Positions 49,110 to 58,588 of a stretch of DNA of 64,000 bases are shown here, one piece after another. This DNA is from Parcubacteria group bacterium (lineage in GTDB: Bacteria > Patescibacteriota > Minisyncoccia > Phycocordibacterales > UBA2135), in NCBI GenBank assembly GCA_016180525.1, contig JACPBB010000001.1, forward strand, positions 11,320-75,319. The letters run 5' to 3'. Numbering within the stretch: position 1 is the stretch's first letter; the number at the start of each line of letters is the position of its first letter. The notes beneath the pieces are model-generated. The model was not told the origin of the DNA. It did no database searches and was given only the letters and a program-made list of their open reading frames with translations. A program made the position numbers and the translations under genes.

Positions 49110-50141
49110 ATGGCACGATTCCTCTCTGCGATCCGCTCTGTTTCTTTCATTACCGCATTTGCGTTTGCTTTGTTTGGATTCCTTTCTGTAAGTGCACAGC
49201 AAAGCTTCGCTGCGACAGGAGAATCTGTGGCAGTTGAGCAAAAAAGTGAAACATCGTCTGCGACACCAGAAGCGAATTCACAAGAAACAATGGTGACAGT
49301 GCTGCGCACTCAAAGATATGTCATTTCAATCCCCGGAGATAGCCTCACAAAACTTTCGGGTCGTTTCGGCGTCAGCAGAAAGATGGTTTTGGATGCAAAT
49401 CCGCAGATTGCTTCCCGCACAGACCCAAAGCGACTCTATTGGCTCTACCTCGGAGAAGAAGTGGCCGTTCCTGTTTTTGTTACCGAACTTAGGAAATTGC
49501 ACGCAGTCGGCGCGGAAGAGTTGATAGCAGTTCCTGCACGAACCCTTATCGAACACAGCAGCACAAAAGGAAAACTTGAAGCCGCATCTGCCGCTCTTGC
49601 GTCAGCGGAGACCAAAAATACCGACCTCACAAACAAAAATATAGCGCTTGGTGCAACGGTTACTGAAATGAGAAAAGCTATGAGGGAGTTTGAGAGAACC
49701 GTTAAAATCCTTTGGACTGGGCTCGTTGCTACTCTTGCGTTGCTAGTAGTTGCATTAGTTGTAGCTATTATGAAGAAACCCGAGCTTCCACTCACCGGTA
49801 ATCGTAATGAGCCCACTCCACCCAAGGCCCCAGGCAAAGATGACTCCGCCTCACTTCAATCAGCAGAAGCCCCGCACCAGACCGGAGAGAAAGGCCAGCT
49901 GGCTGCGCCAGATGTAATGAAATACTTGCAAAGCCTTACAGGAGCAGAACTGAAACGTTTGGCAAATACGCCCCTTGCTGTTGATGAAGCCGGGAATCCA
50001 TCTCCAACCATTAAAAAAGTTTCGGATTTCATGGAAAATCGTCCCGATCTGGATTTAGAAAATCACCCGCTCTCCGAGTGGCCCGAGTTAATTGAGCGTA
50101 AGAAGCGCGAAAGCGCAGAAAAAACGCCAGCCGCGGCATAA
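49110..50141 (+). CDS. LysM-domain bitopic membrane protein
   Basis: Signal peptide, GDSLTKLS.RFGVS....DANPQI..LYLGEEV.VP, coiled coil, TM, cytoplasmic tail. Confidence 0.7.
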   Translation: MARFLSAIRSVSFITAFAFALFGFLSVSAQQSFAATGESVAVEQKSETSSATPEANSQETMVTVLRTQRYVISIPGDSLTKLSGRFGVSRKMVLDANPQIASRTDPKRLYWLYLGEEVAVPVFVTELRKLHAVGAEELIAVPARTLIEHSSTKGKLEAASAALASAETKNTDLTNKNIALGATVTEMRKAMREFERTVKILWTGLVATLALLVVALVVAIMKKPELPLTGNRNEPTPPKAPGKDDSASLQSAEAPHQTGEKGQLAAPDVMKYLQSLTGAELKRLANTPLAVDEAGNPSPTIKKVSDFMENRPDLDLENHPLSEWPELIERKKRESAEKTPAAA

Positions 50142-50291
50142 AGCTAACGTTTTCCAATTATAATATTCAGTCTTGATTAAACTAGCGAAAGTTCTGATGA
50201 CAACATCGGAATAGACAAAGGTTTAGCACAAGGCTGTAGCCGTTCCTTCAAAGGGGCGGCTTTTTAATTAAAATTTTGTCTGTCTGATTAG

Positions 50292-51371
50292 TTATATACC
50301 TTCTTTTTTAAGCTCTTCAAATAGTTTTTGTGCTTTTTTAGAAAGATTTTTGGGAAGCCGAATATTTATTTTTACAAGCAAATCACCTCTTTTGCCAGGA
50401 CCAGTAGGAATTCCTTTGTTTCTAATGCGCAATATCTCTCCAAAAGACGCGTTTGCGGGAACTTTAAACGTAATGGGCCCGTCAAGAGTCTCTAGCGCGT
50501 ATTCTGTGCCTAAAAGCGCGTCGGTGAGTTTTATATCAAGAGTTGTAACAATATTTTTTCCCTCCCGCTTAAAGATGGGGTGTTTACTGACGTGTACTCG
50601 AACATAGAGGTCTCCCGAGATGCCTCCAGAAATCGCCTCGCCCATTTGAGAAAGCCGTATCACCTCTCCGTCTTGCATGCCGGGAGGTATTTTAATTGCT
50701 ATTTCCTCTTGCTTTCTCACAACTCCCGCGCCGCGACAAACGGCACATACCTGTTTTGGCACCTCACCTTTCCCGCGGCAAACACTGCATTCTTTCACGT
50801 TAGTAAAAGTGCCAAAAAAAGAATTTCGTGTTTCTTGCACCCTTCCTTGCCCGTTGCAAGTGACACATTTTGTAAATGTCGTACCGGTTGCCGCACCGGT
50901 TCCAATACACGAATCGCACGGGGATGTCTTCGTAAGGAGTACTGAGCGGTCGGTCCCAAACACTCCATCTTTAAATGAAACTTCTAAATCAATTGAAATA
51001 TCACGTCCCCGCTTTGTCCGCTCTCGCCCACCGCCTCCTCCAAAAATATCTCCAAAAATATCTCCGATATCAAATTCCACCCCGCCAAATCCTTGACCAT
51101 TAAAACCACTAAAATCAAAACCGGCAAATCCCGGCCCACCCCCAAACCCGCTTCCCGCGAACGCCTGTCCATATGTGTCGTACTCCGCCCTCCTCTTTTC
51201 ATTAGAAAGAACCTGATACGCCTCATTTATTTCTTTGAATTTTTTTTCATCTCCGCCGGCCTTATTATCCGGATGATATTTGCGGGCAAGTTTATGAAAT
51301 GCTTTTTTAATTTCGTCTTTGGAAGCATTTTTCTCAACCCCTAACGTAGCGTAGTAGTTCTGATGTGGCAT
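50292..51371 (-). CDS. dnaJ: Chaperone DnaJ
   Basis: HPD J-domain, G/F region, four CxxCxGxG repeats. Confidence 0.97.
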   Translation of the reverse strand: MPHQNYYATLGVEKNASKDEIKKAFHKLARKYHPDNKAGGDEKKFKEINEAYQVLSNEKRRAEYDTYGQAFAGSGFGGGPGFAGFDFSGFNGQGFGGVEFDIGDIFGDIFGGGGGRERTKRGRDISIDLEVSFKDGVFGTDRSVLLTKTSPCDSCIGTGAATGTTFTKCVTCNGQGRVQETRNSFFGTFTNVKECSVCRGKGEVPKQVCAVCRGAGVVRKQEEIAIKIPPGMQDGEVIRLSQMGEAISGGISGDLYVRVHVSKHPIFKREGKNIVTTLDIKLTDALLGTEYALETLDGPITFKVPANASFGEILRIRNKGIPTGPGKRGDLLVKINIRLPKNLSKKAQKLFEELKKEGI

Positions 51372-51407
51372 ATATTAATTGTAAGACGCAAATTTAAAAT
51401 TTGCAAT

Positions 51408-53300
51408 TTACTTATCTTTTTTATTAGGGTCATCTCCCTCTTTGTAGTCCGTATCTTTTATAGTATCATCTTTTTTCTCCGATTGCGGAGGAGTCTGTGC
51501 CTGCTTTGAAAGTGTCTCACCGATTTTTTGCATTTCCGCTCCTAACGCTTCTGTCGCTGATTTAATTAGAACAGCATCTGTGCCACTGAGCACTTTTTTA
51601 AGAGCTTCAATTTTTTCCTCAACGCTCTTTTTAATATCCGCCGGCACCTTATCGCCAGCATCCTTCAGCGCCTTTTCTGCTATGTGCACGGTCGTCTCTC
51701 CTTGGTTTTTTATGTCTGCTACTTCTTTTTTCTTCTTGTCTTCCTCCGCATGCACTTCCGCGTCTTTTTTCATTTTTTCAATGTCTTCCTTTGAGAGCCC
51801 GGAGCTTGCTTCAATACGAATTGACTGTTCTTTTCCGGAAGATTTATCTTTTGCTTTCACGTTTAAAATACCATTTGCGTCAATATCAAATGAAACTTCA
51901 ATTTGCGGCAACCCACGAGGAGATGGCGGAATGCCATCTAAAATAAATCTGCCAAGCGTTTTATTGTCAGAAGCCATAGGACGCTCTCCTTGCACAACGT
52001 GGATTTCAACAGATGTTTGGTTATCTGCCGCCGTTGAAAAAATTTGCGTTTTTGCCGTTGGAATAGTCGTATTGCGTTCAATAAGTTTTGTCGCGACACT
52101 CCCCAGCGTCTCAATGCCGAGTGAAAGAGGGGTCACGTCAAGAAGGAGTACGTCTTTAACATCCCCTTGTAGAATCCCCGCCTGAATCGCGGCCCCTACC
52201 GCAACCACCTCATCCGGATTAATTGATTTGTTTGGCTCTTTGCCGAATAATTCTCGCACTTTATTTACCATAAGCGGCATTCGTGTTTGCCCACCAACAA
52301 GAATTACCTCATCAATATCTTCCATCTTAAAACCAGAGGCAACAACCGCCTTTTTGGTAATTTCAATAGCCCTCTCAATAAATGAAAGAGATAATTTTTC
52401 AACAGTTGCCCGCGTCAGTTTCATAAGCAAGTGCTTTGGTCCTGAAGCATCTGACGTGATAAACGGAATATTTATTTCAGTCTCCGTCACTTCGGAAAGT
52501 TCATGCTTTGCTTTTTCAGCCGCCTCTTTAAGGCGTTGGAACGCAAGCGGGTCTTTTGTAACATCAATGCCACTTTCTTTCTTAAATTCAGCGCCAATCC
52601 AACTAATAATTTCGCGGTCTATATCTTCTCCGCCCATGTGTGAATCTCCGTCAGTTGCCTTAACATCAACCACCTCCGCGCTAATATCAAGAACGGTTAC
52701 GTCAAATGTTCCACCACCAAAATCAAAAACTACGATTTGCTCGTCTTTCTTTTTATTAAAACCATAGGCAAGCGCTGCTGCTGTCGGTTCATTAATGATG
52801 CGCTTAACCGTAAAGCCGGCGATTTCCCCGGCATCTTTAGTAGCTTTCCTTTGAGAGTCGTCAAAATAGGCAGGAACGGTAATGACTGCTTCGGTGATTT
52901 TCTCTCCAATTTTTGCTTCCGCATCCCGTTTCATTTTCTGCAAAATCAGTGCGGAAATTTCTTCTGGGGAATGAAACTTATCGCCCATTTTAACGCGCGC
53001 CCCCCCATTGTCCGCTTTTTCTACAGCAAACGAAACGGCTTTTTTTTCTTTTTGAATAATGGGGTCATCAAACCGGTGTCCCATCAACCGCTTTATTCCA
53101 GAAATAGTGTTCTGAGGATTTGTGACCGCTTGTCGCTTGGCGAGCTGCCCCACAAGTCGTTCATTGTTTCGCGCGATAGCAACAACAGATGGAGTTGTTC
53201 GCCCGCCCTCGGCGTTTTCAATAATTTTTGGCTCCCCGCCCTCCACAATTGCCATCGCGGAGTTGGTTGTGCCGAGGTCAATGCCCAATATTTTACTCAT
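51408..53300 (-). CDS. dnaK: Chaperone DnaK
   Basis: [21 protein letters not shown]. Confidence 0.99.
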   Translation of the reverse strand: MSKILGIDLGTTNSAMAIVEGGEPKIIENAEGGRTTPSVVAIARNNERLVGQLAKRQAVTNPQNTISGIKRLMGHRFDDPIIQKEKKAVSFAVEKADNGGARVKMGDKFHSPEEISALILQKMKRDAEAKIGEKITEAVITVPAYFDDSQRKATKDAGEIAGFTVKRIINEPTAAALAYGFNKKKDEQIVVFDFGGGTFDVTVLDISAEVVDVKATDGDSHMGGEDIDREIISWIGAEFKKESGIDVTKDPLAFQRLKEAAEKAKHELSEVTETEINIPFITSDASGPKHLLMKLTRATVEKLSLSFIERAIEITKKAVVASGFKMEDIDEVILVGGQTRMPLMVNKVRELFGKEPNKSINPDEVVAVGAAIQAGILQGDVKDVLLLDVTPLSLGIETLGSVATKLIERNTTIPTAKTQIFSTAADNQTSVEIHVVQGERPMASDNKTLGRFILDGIPPSPRGLPQIEVSFDIDANGILNVKAKDKSSGKEQSIRIEASSGLSKEDIEKMKKDAEVHAEEDKKKKEVADIKNQGETTVHIAEKALKDAGDKVPADIKKSVEEKIEALKKVLSGTDAVLIKSATEALGAEMQKIGETLSKQAQTPPQSEKKDDTIKDTDYKEGDDPNKKDK

Positions 53301-53317
53301 AATATTATTAAATTAAG

Positions 53318-53404
53318 ACTTGTAATCTGTAACTTGTAACCCACGATTTTATTTTTAGCACATGCACCGCGTGAGTTACATGTTTCATGCTACCAGTTTC
53401 ATGA
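53318..53404 (-). repeat. Heptamer hairpin (CATGWAA)n/(GTTACAR)n, grpE to dnaK
   Basis: Periodic inverted arms start at the grpE stop. Confidence 0.65.
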
Positions 53405-53959
53405 TTACTCTTTATATTTTCCTACCTTGACTTGAGCAGTGCGAATCACCCTACCTTCTATAACATATCCTTTTTGTATAACTTGTATAACCATTCCTTC
53501 CATATTTTTGTTTTTTGTATCAACTGTTCCAATAGATGTGTGCACATGCGGGTCAAACATCATGTCTTTTGGCTCAATTGTCTCAAGTCCATAATTTTTA
53601 AGAACAGTGCATAACTGCGAGTGGATATATTCTACACCCTTACGCCAGTTTTCATCAACCCTCTCCCATGCCTCTTTATTATTAAATGCTAACTCAAAAC
53701 TATCTAAAACGGGCAAGAGCTGTTCTAGCATATCCTCTTTTACAAACCCCGCAAGTTCTTTGCGTTTTTTTTCTTCTTCTTTTTTGAGGTTAATACTATC
53801 GGCCTTCATTCTCTGCCATCCATCCAAATACTCTTTTCTCTCTTCCAAGCATTTTTGCAGTTTCTCTTTCAGTTTTTTTACCTTATTGACTTCTGTCCCC
53901 TCGTCGTCTGTTTCAACAATATCAATATCATCTTTTTTCTTTTGCTCGTTTTTTGACAT
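53405..53959 (-). CDS. grpE: Nucleotide exchange factor GrpE
   Basis: R..AD..N, LLPVLD, FDP..H, QKGY....VIR.A.V. Confidence 0.95.
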   Translation of the reverse strand: MSKNEQKKKDDIDIVETDDEGTEVNKVKKLKEKLQKCLEERKEYLDGWQRMKADSINLKKEEEKKRKELAGFVKEDMLEQLLPVLDSFELAFNNKEAWERVDENWRKGVEYIHSQLCTVLKNYGLETIEPKDMMFDPHVHTSIGTVDTKNKNMEGMVIQVIQKGYVIEGRVIRTAQVKVGKYKE

Positions 53960-53965
53960 GAAGGT

Positions 53966-54029
53966 ACTATAATCAAGTATTTTACATATGTCAAGAAAAG
54001 CTTGACAAAAAAATAATTTTTAGTATACT
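53966..54029. promoter_or_regulatory. Back-to-back sigma70 promoters (grpE operon on minus, small ORF on plus)
   Basis: Minus: TTGACA-17-TATAGT (53966-53994). Plus: TTGACA-16-TATACT (54002-54029). Confidence 0.75.
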
Positions 54030-54069
54030 TTACGAAGTAAATTTGTCCCTTTTGTTGAAGGAGAAAATT

Positions 54070-54219
54070 ATGCAGGGGGAACACGGCTGGCCACAAATTG
54101 GGCGCTCAAGCCCACCTGATGTTAACCTTCGACCAAAAACAGACTGGTCTTTAATCATGTTTTTCTGCTTCTTCGTAGGAGCTGGAATAGTTAGCATCTA
54201 TTCACTTTTCTTTCGATAA
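54070..54219 (+). CDS. 49-aa small membrane protein missing from the ORF track
   Basis: MQGEHGWPQIGRSSPPDVNLRPKTDWSLIMFFCFFVGAGIVSIYSLFFR; own promoter, SD AAGGAG, terminator downstream. Confidence 0.65.
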   Translation: MQGEHGWPQIGRSSPPDVNLRPKTDWSLIMFFCFFVGAGIVSIYSLFFR

Positions 54220-54257
54220 CAGAATTAAGTAGCCGTTTTTATTACTGAAAGAGTTAT

Positions 54258-54289
54258 AAAATGGCGAGCATTGGATGCTCGCCATTTTT
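54258..54289. terminator. Bidirectional terminator
   Basis: aaaatggcgagcat-tgg-atgctcgccattttt. Confidence 0.8.
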
Positions 54290-54292
54290 CTA

Positions 54293-54721
54293 TTATCGCT
54301 TAGACCACTGTGGAGCTTTACGAGCTTTCTTAAGCCCGAATTTACGGCGTTCTTTTGCCCGCGGGTCACGCTTGAGAAACCCGGCCTTTTTCAATCGATC
54401 ACGCCATTCTCCTTCAAATACAACAAGCGCCCGCGAAAGACCATGTCTCACAGCTTCCGCTTGAGACATTGCTCCGCCACCGCGCACCAGCACGGAAACA
54501 TTAAATTTGTTTGTTCCCTTAACCTTCGCGAGCGCTTCTCCTGCCGTAAGCTGAGTCCGTTTAATTTTAAAATAATCAGTAAAGGGTTTTTTATTCACAA
54601 CAATAGCCCCTTTTCCACTTTTGTTTTCTTCAATGCGAACTCGCGCGATAGAAGTTTTACGACGCCCCACCGCTTCAATATATCTTCCTTCGGGTATTTT
54701 TTTTATAACTGTTTCAGTCAT
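54293..54721 (-). CDS. rpsI: 30S ribosomal protein S9
   Basis: GRRKTS.ARV, RDPR.KERRK.G..KARKAPQWSKR. Confidence 0.98.
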   Translation of the reverse strand: MTETVIKKIPEGRYIEAVGRRKTSIARVRIEENKSGKGAIVVNKKPFTDYFKIKRTQLTAGEALAKVKGTNKFNVSVLVRGGGAMSQAEAVRHGLSRALVVFEGEWRDRLKKAGFLKRDPRAKERRKFGLKKARKAPQWSKR

Positions 54722-54731
54722 AGATAATGTT

Positions 54732-55103
54732 TTAATCGGATATGGATAAATTTTTCATCCGTATTACTCTTAATTTATTTGATGGAAGCATACCATAGAC
54801 GGCATTTCTGATTGCTTCTTTATATCCCCGTCTCTTCACCAGATGCCCCAGAGATTCCTTTTTAAGCCCTCCCGGATAGCCGGTGTATCGCACATACTCT
54901 TTTGTACGTAACTTTTTTTGATCTAAAAAAAGTTTTGCCGCATTTACTACCTCTACCTTAACGGCAGCGGGAGTGTTGCGCTTAAAAGTTGCTTTATTTT
55001 TTCCCATAAGAAAAGTTGCTATCTCGGAAGCCACACGTCCAAGTTTTTTCCCTTCCGCATCGACAGTATATAGTACTGTATTTTCTTTTGTTATAGGTGT
55101 CAT
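54732..55103 (-). CDS. rplM: 50S ribosomal protein L13
   Basis: DAEG..LGRVAS, YTGYPGG, AVYGMLP. Confidence 0.97.
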   Translation of the reverse strand: MTPITKENTVLYTVDAEGKKLGRVASEIATFLMGKNKATFKRNTPAAVKVEVVNAAKLFLDQKKLRTKEYVRYTGYPGGLKKESLGHLVKRRGYKEAIRNAVYGMLPSNKLRVIRMKNLSISD

Positions 55104-55106
55104 ATT

Positions 55107-55457
55107 TTATACAAATTCAATGATTGCCATTTTGCTGGCATCTCCTAAGCGACGAGGCAGTTTGGTAATTCTTGTGTACCCTCCAGCTCGTTCTTTATAG
55201 CGAGGCGCAATATCAGCGATAAGCTTCTTGGCGCCCACCCTGTTACCAAGACGTGCCACCAAAAGTCTGTGTGTAGAAAGTGAACTATTTTTTCCTCTTG
55301 TCACCAATTTTTCAACAAAGGGCCGTAATTCCTTCGCCTTTGCTTCAGTTGTTTTAATTTTTCCTCTAGTGACAAGAGAAAGTGCTAAACCACGAAGAAG
55401 CGCCCTCCTTTGGTCTCTTTCTCTTCCAAATTTTCTGTTTTTGTTATGATGCCTCAT
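55107..55457 (-). CDS. rplQ: 50S ribosomal protein L17
   Basis: MRH..RKFGR, IKTT.AKAKELR, GGYTRI. Confidence 0.98.
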   Translation of the reverse strand: MRHHNKNRKFGRERDQRRALLRGLALSLVTRGKIKTTEAKAKELRPFVEKLVTRGKNSSLSTHRLLVARLGNRVGAKKLIADIAPRYKERAGGYTRITKLPRRLGDASKMAIIEFV

Positions 55458-55541
55458 GTTACTAGGCTTTAGGCTTTAGGCTTTAGGCTTTAGGAATCGT
55501 TGTTTTTTCCTAGTGCCTAGCGCCTTAACGCCTAGTGCCTA
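55458..55541 (-). repeat. Heptamer hairpin element, rpoA to rplQ
   Basis: The TAG stop is the first unit; ends CCTAAA (GCCTAAA)3 GCCTAGTAAC-ATG. Confidence 0.9.
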
Positions 55542-56504
55542 TTTTAAAGTTATTCCAAAATTTCCAAGCGTCCGTTTAATTTCTTGAACACCTTTCTCGC
55601 CAAGACCTGATACATTCGATAAATCATCCGCGCTTTTTCGTATTAAACCACCTACTGTTCGTATATTTGCCCCTGAGAGTGCATTCGCTGTTCTCGTAGA
55701 AAACCCCAAAGTGTCAATCCGTGTTTTAAGAAAGTCCTTATCAATATTTTCATTCTCTCCTACACCCGCTTCTCCGTCTTCCGATACTGCTTGTTTTATT
55801 TTCTCTTCCGTATCCTGAAAGCCGACAATCGCTTTCAATTGCTTTATCATAATATCAATTGAGTTTTCAAGCGCTTCGCGCGGGGAAAGAGTGCCATCAG
55901 TTTCTATAAAAATACGCAACTTGTTGTAATCAGTTCTGTCGCCAACACGCATATTTTCAACTTCATAATTGACTCGACGAATCGGTGTAAATACCGCATC
56001 AAGTACAATAGTGCCAATTTCAACTTTTTCTTTTTGTAAAACTTCCTTAGGAACATACCCGAGTCCACGTTCAAGCCGAATGCTCGCGTTAAGCGAAGTC
56101 TTTTTATTAGTAATTTCACCAATATATTGTTCGGGGTTTAAAACTTCAACCTGTCCAGGCACTTTTATATCAGCACCTGTAATTTTTTTCATCCCCGAAA
56201 CAGAAAGAGAGACTTCTTGTGATTCATCGGTAACCATTTTAAATCTAACTTTTTTTAAATTTAAAATAAGAGTAATAATATCTTCCTTTATTCCATCTAG
56301 GGTTGAAAACTCATGCTGAACTCCATCAATTTTAATAGACGTAATCGCAGTCCCCGGCAAAGAAGAAAGAATAATGCGCCGTAATGAATTTCCAAGCGTA
56401 TGTCCGTACCCGGGATACAAACTATCAATCTCATACATACCCCTGAATCCATCTTCAGAAATTACTTTTGGTTTTGACGGAAGAATTATAGTATAGTCAG
56501 GCAC
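55539..56504 (-). CDS. rpoA: RNA polymerase subunit alpha
   Basis: GYGHTLGNSLRR.LSS.PG, GVQHEFST, VENMRVG.RTDY. Confidence 0.98.
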   Translation of the reverse strand: MPDYTIILPSKPKVISEDGFRGMYEIDSLYPGYGHTLGNSLRRIILSSLPGTAITSIKIDGVQHEFSTLDGIKEDIITLILNLKKVRFKMVTDESQEVSLSVSGMKKITGADIKVPGQVEVLNPEQYIGEITNKKTSLNASIRLERGLGYVPKEVLQKEKVEIGTIVLDAVFTPIRRVNYEVENMRVGDRTDYNKLRIFIETDGTLSPREALENSIDIMIKQLKAIVGFQDTEEKIKQAVSEDGEAGVGENENIDKDFLKTRIDTLGFSTRTANALSGANIRTVGGLIRKSADDLSNVSGLGEKGVQEIKRTLGNFGITLK

Positions 56505-56636
56505 AATTTTTTGATTCGTTTAATTAAATTTTAAAATTCAAGATAAAAATTTAAAATAATTAAACGAGATATTTATTAATAATAATTTTATTAAACTTTT
56601 AAAAAATAATACAAAATACTTAATACGTTATAATGT

Positions 56637-57242
56637 TTATCTGCTATAAAATCCTATAACTGCGGGTATGCTAAACACATCTCCAGAAATCATTTCTAAT
56701 TTTGGAATCCCGATAACATTTCCTTCCATTTTTTTAGGATCAAGCGAGAGCCATGCGGGAGTAATATGAGTATTGAGAGATTCCGAAATATTCATAAACA
56801 GCTTACTTTCTCTGCTTCCGGGTCGTATTTCTATACGATCCTTACCTCCGACGGTAAAAGATGGAATATTCACCCTTCTACCGTTCACCATAATATGTCC
56901 ATGGGACACCATCTGACGAGCAAGAGGACGTGTTTTTGCAAAACCAAGTCTAAATACTACATTGTCGAGTCTTAATTCAAGATTTTTATATAAATGTTCA
57001 GCTGGATTTACCCCTTTTTTAAGTGTTGCTTTTTTCACATATGTCGCAAACTGCCGTTCGTTTAAATTATACGTCAAACGCATTTTTTGTTTTTCAAGAA
57101 GTTGAATTCCGAATTCGGTAATCGGCGATGGATGTTTCCGTGCGACTGTCTTTTTCGTCAAAATAAATTTTGGGTTTTGTGTTTTAGAAAAAATTCGTGC
57201 CCCTAGACGACGTGCTGTTTTGTATTGTTTTAGTTTTGCCAT
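56637..57242 (-). CDS. rpsD: 30S ribosomal protein S4 (no Zn-finger cysteines)
   Basis: QL.EKQK.R..Y, LE.RLDNVVFRLG, ARQ.VSHGH. Start placed at MAKLK. Confidence 0.97.
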   Translation of the reverse strand: MAKLKQYKTARRLGARIFSKTQNPKFILTKKTVARKHPSPITEFGIQLLEKQKMRLTYNLNERQFATYVKKATLKKGVNPAEHLYKNLELRLDNVVFRLGFAKTRPLARQMVSHGHIMVNGRRVNIPSFTVGGKDRIEIRPGSRESKLFMNISESLNTHITPAWLSLDPKKMEGNVIGIPKLEMISGDVFSIPAVIGFYSR

Positions 57243-57260
57243 AAAAATAATGAATGAAAT

Positions 57261-57383
57261 GAATATATTTTTTGAGCACCCCCTTCTTTTCGCGCAAGCG
57301 CGCAAAAGGAGGGGGTAAAGGTTTGGCATCCACAGTTTTTGTTCCGACATGTCGGAACAAAAACTGTGGGCCAATTCACTTTA
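57261..57383. repeat. ~125-bp dispersed two-hairpin element, copy 1 (rpsK to rpsD)
   Basis: Near-identical to 60453-60579. Confidence 0.9.
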
Positions 57384-57815
57384 CACTCTTCTTGGTTTCT
57401 TTGGCTTAGGACCATTATGTGGAATAGGCGTTTCATCCCGAATCACTTTTAGTTCCACCCCGCGGGAAGCAAAAGAGCGTAGAGATGATTCACGTCCTGG
57501 GCCAACTCCAGATAATACTACAACAACCTCTTTTATTCCTATAGTTTTCGCTTTTTCCCCGATAAGTTCCCCTACTTTCGCGGCGGCAAACGGGGTTCCT
57601 TTTTTTGTTCCTTTAAATCCTAAGGAACCGCTTGACGACCAACAAAGCGTGTTACCTTTTTTATCGGAAAGTAAAAGGTGCGTATTGTTGTATGTTGACT
57701 GGATATGAAGTATTCCATCGGAAACTTTTTTCTTGGGAGATTTACCCAAAGACCTGGTGCGTAATTCCGCATCAAATCCGCCACCGCTTTTTTGTACTGT
57801 TCGTTTTTTTCCCAT
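57381..57815 (-). CDS. rpsK: 30S ribosomal protein S11
   Basis: STYNNT, GFKG.KK.TPFAA, G.GPGRE, TPIPHNG..P.K.RRV. Confidence 0.98.
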   Translation of the reverse strand: MGKKRTVQKSGGGFDAELRTRSLGKSPKKKVSDGILHIQSTYNNTHLLLSDKKGNTLCWSSSGSLGFKGTKKGTPFAAAKVGELIGEKAKTIGIKEVVVVLSGVGPGRESSLRSFASRGVELKVIRDETPIPHNGPKPKKPRRV

Positions 57816-57902
57816 GATACTAGGCTTTAGGCTTTAGGCTTTAGGCTTTAGGAATATTATTATTTCTTCCTAGTGCCTAGTGCCTAATGTCTAGTCCCTG
57901 AA
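57816..57902 (-). repeat. Heptamer hairpin element, rpsM to rpsK
   Basis: CAGGGAC TAGACAT TAGGCAC TAGGCAC TAGG-loop-(GCCTAAA)n GCCTAGTATC-ATG. Confidence 0.9.
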
Positions 57903-58283
57903 TTATGTCTTTTCCAACTTCCGCTTACCGGATCCCATTGTTTTTCTCACATTGCCACGAACCGTTCTTGAATTCGACTTTGTCTGCTGGCCACGAACCG
58001 GCAAATTTTTAGCATGACGAATTCCGCGATATGCCTTTATGTCTTTAAGACGTTTAATATTCCCCGCAACTTCTCTTTTCAACTCCCCTTCAATTACATA
58101 TTCTTCTACTAATTTTCGAATCTTGTTTTCATCCTCTGCTTTTAGGTCAGTTGATTTTAGAGTTTTATCAACGTGCGCTTTCTCTAAAATAGTTAGAGCT
58201 CGTGACCGACCAATGCCATAAACAGCCATGAGTGCAAACTCAAGGCGTTTCTGTTCTGGAATTGTAATACCTGCGATACGCAT
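57903..58283 (-). CDS. rpsM: 30S ribosomal protein S13
   Basis: MRIAG, YGIG, IKRL..I..YRG.RH...LPVRGQ. Confidence 0.98.
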   Translation of the reverse strand: MRIAGITIPEQKRLEFALMAVYGIGRSRALTILEKAHVDKTLKSTDLKAEDENKIRKLVEEYVIEGELKREVAGNIKRLKDIKAYRGIRHAKNLPVRGQQTKSNSRTVRGNVRKTMGSGKRKLEKT

Positions 58284-58374
58284 GATACTAGGCTTTAGGC
58301 TTTAGGCTTTAGGCTTTAGGAATATCATTGCTTTCTCCCTAGCGCCTAGTGCCTAATGTCTAGTGCCTGAATTA
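58284..58374 (-). repeat. Heptamer hairpin element, rpmJ to rpsM
   Basis: Arms are nearly identical to 57816-57902 while the loop differs. Confidence 0.9.
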
Positions 58375-58488
58375 TTATCCTTGTTTTTGTTTATGTTTAG
58401 GATTTCTACAAATAATATACAAGCGACCTCTGCGCCTAACCATTTGACAATTGGGACAAATTTTTTTTACAGAAGCACGTACTTTCAT
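58375..58488 (-). CDS. rpmJ: 50S ribosomal protein L36 (Zn-binding type; not in the ORF track)
   Basis: [37 protein letters not shown]. Confidence 0.98.
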   Translation of the reverse strand: MKVRASVKKICPNCQMVRRRGRLYIICRNPKHKQKQG

Positions 58489-58588
58489 AAAATAATACTT
58501 AGTATGCGAATTGTACTAATGATGCAAGTAATGCTAATACGGGATATTCGTATCCATTCGTATCATTCGTACATATTTGTATTGTTCT
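58489..58588 (-). repeat. Nonamer-period hairpin (TACGAAT..)n/(ATTAGCA..)n, infA to rpmJ
   Basis: Periodic inverted arms fill the spacer. Confidence 0.65.

Noticed and set aside
50185-50215. Hammerhead ribozyme (GAAA and CTGATGA present)
   Set aside because: Only 3 nt separate the motifs and CTGATG sits in a simple hairpin, so the three-stem core cannot form.
53355-53381. CIRCE element upstream of dnaK
   Set aside because: TTAGCACAT-N9-GAGTTACAT matches only 7/9 and 5/9, is not palindromic and overlaps a heptamer arm. No hrcA in the window.
20225-56319. Many antisense ORFs over housekeeping genes (for example 20225-20902, 23496-24077, 51580-52185)
   Set aside because: They lie opposite well-supported genes and show no protein motifs or expression signals.
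57243-57374. N-terminal extension of S4 in the ORF track
   Set aside because: It is translation through the structured repeat. S4 similarity starts at MAKLK.
22404-58374. Heptamer arrays as CRISPR or telomere-like repeats
   Set aside because: No 23-47-bp repeats with unique spacers and no cas genes. The units form short inverted arms inside operons.
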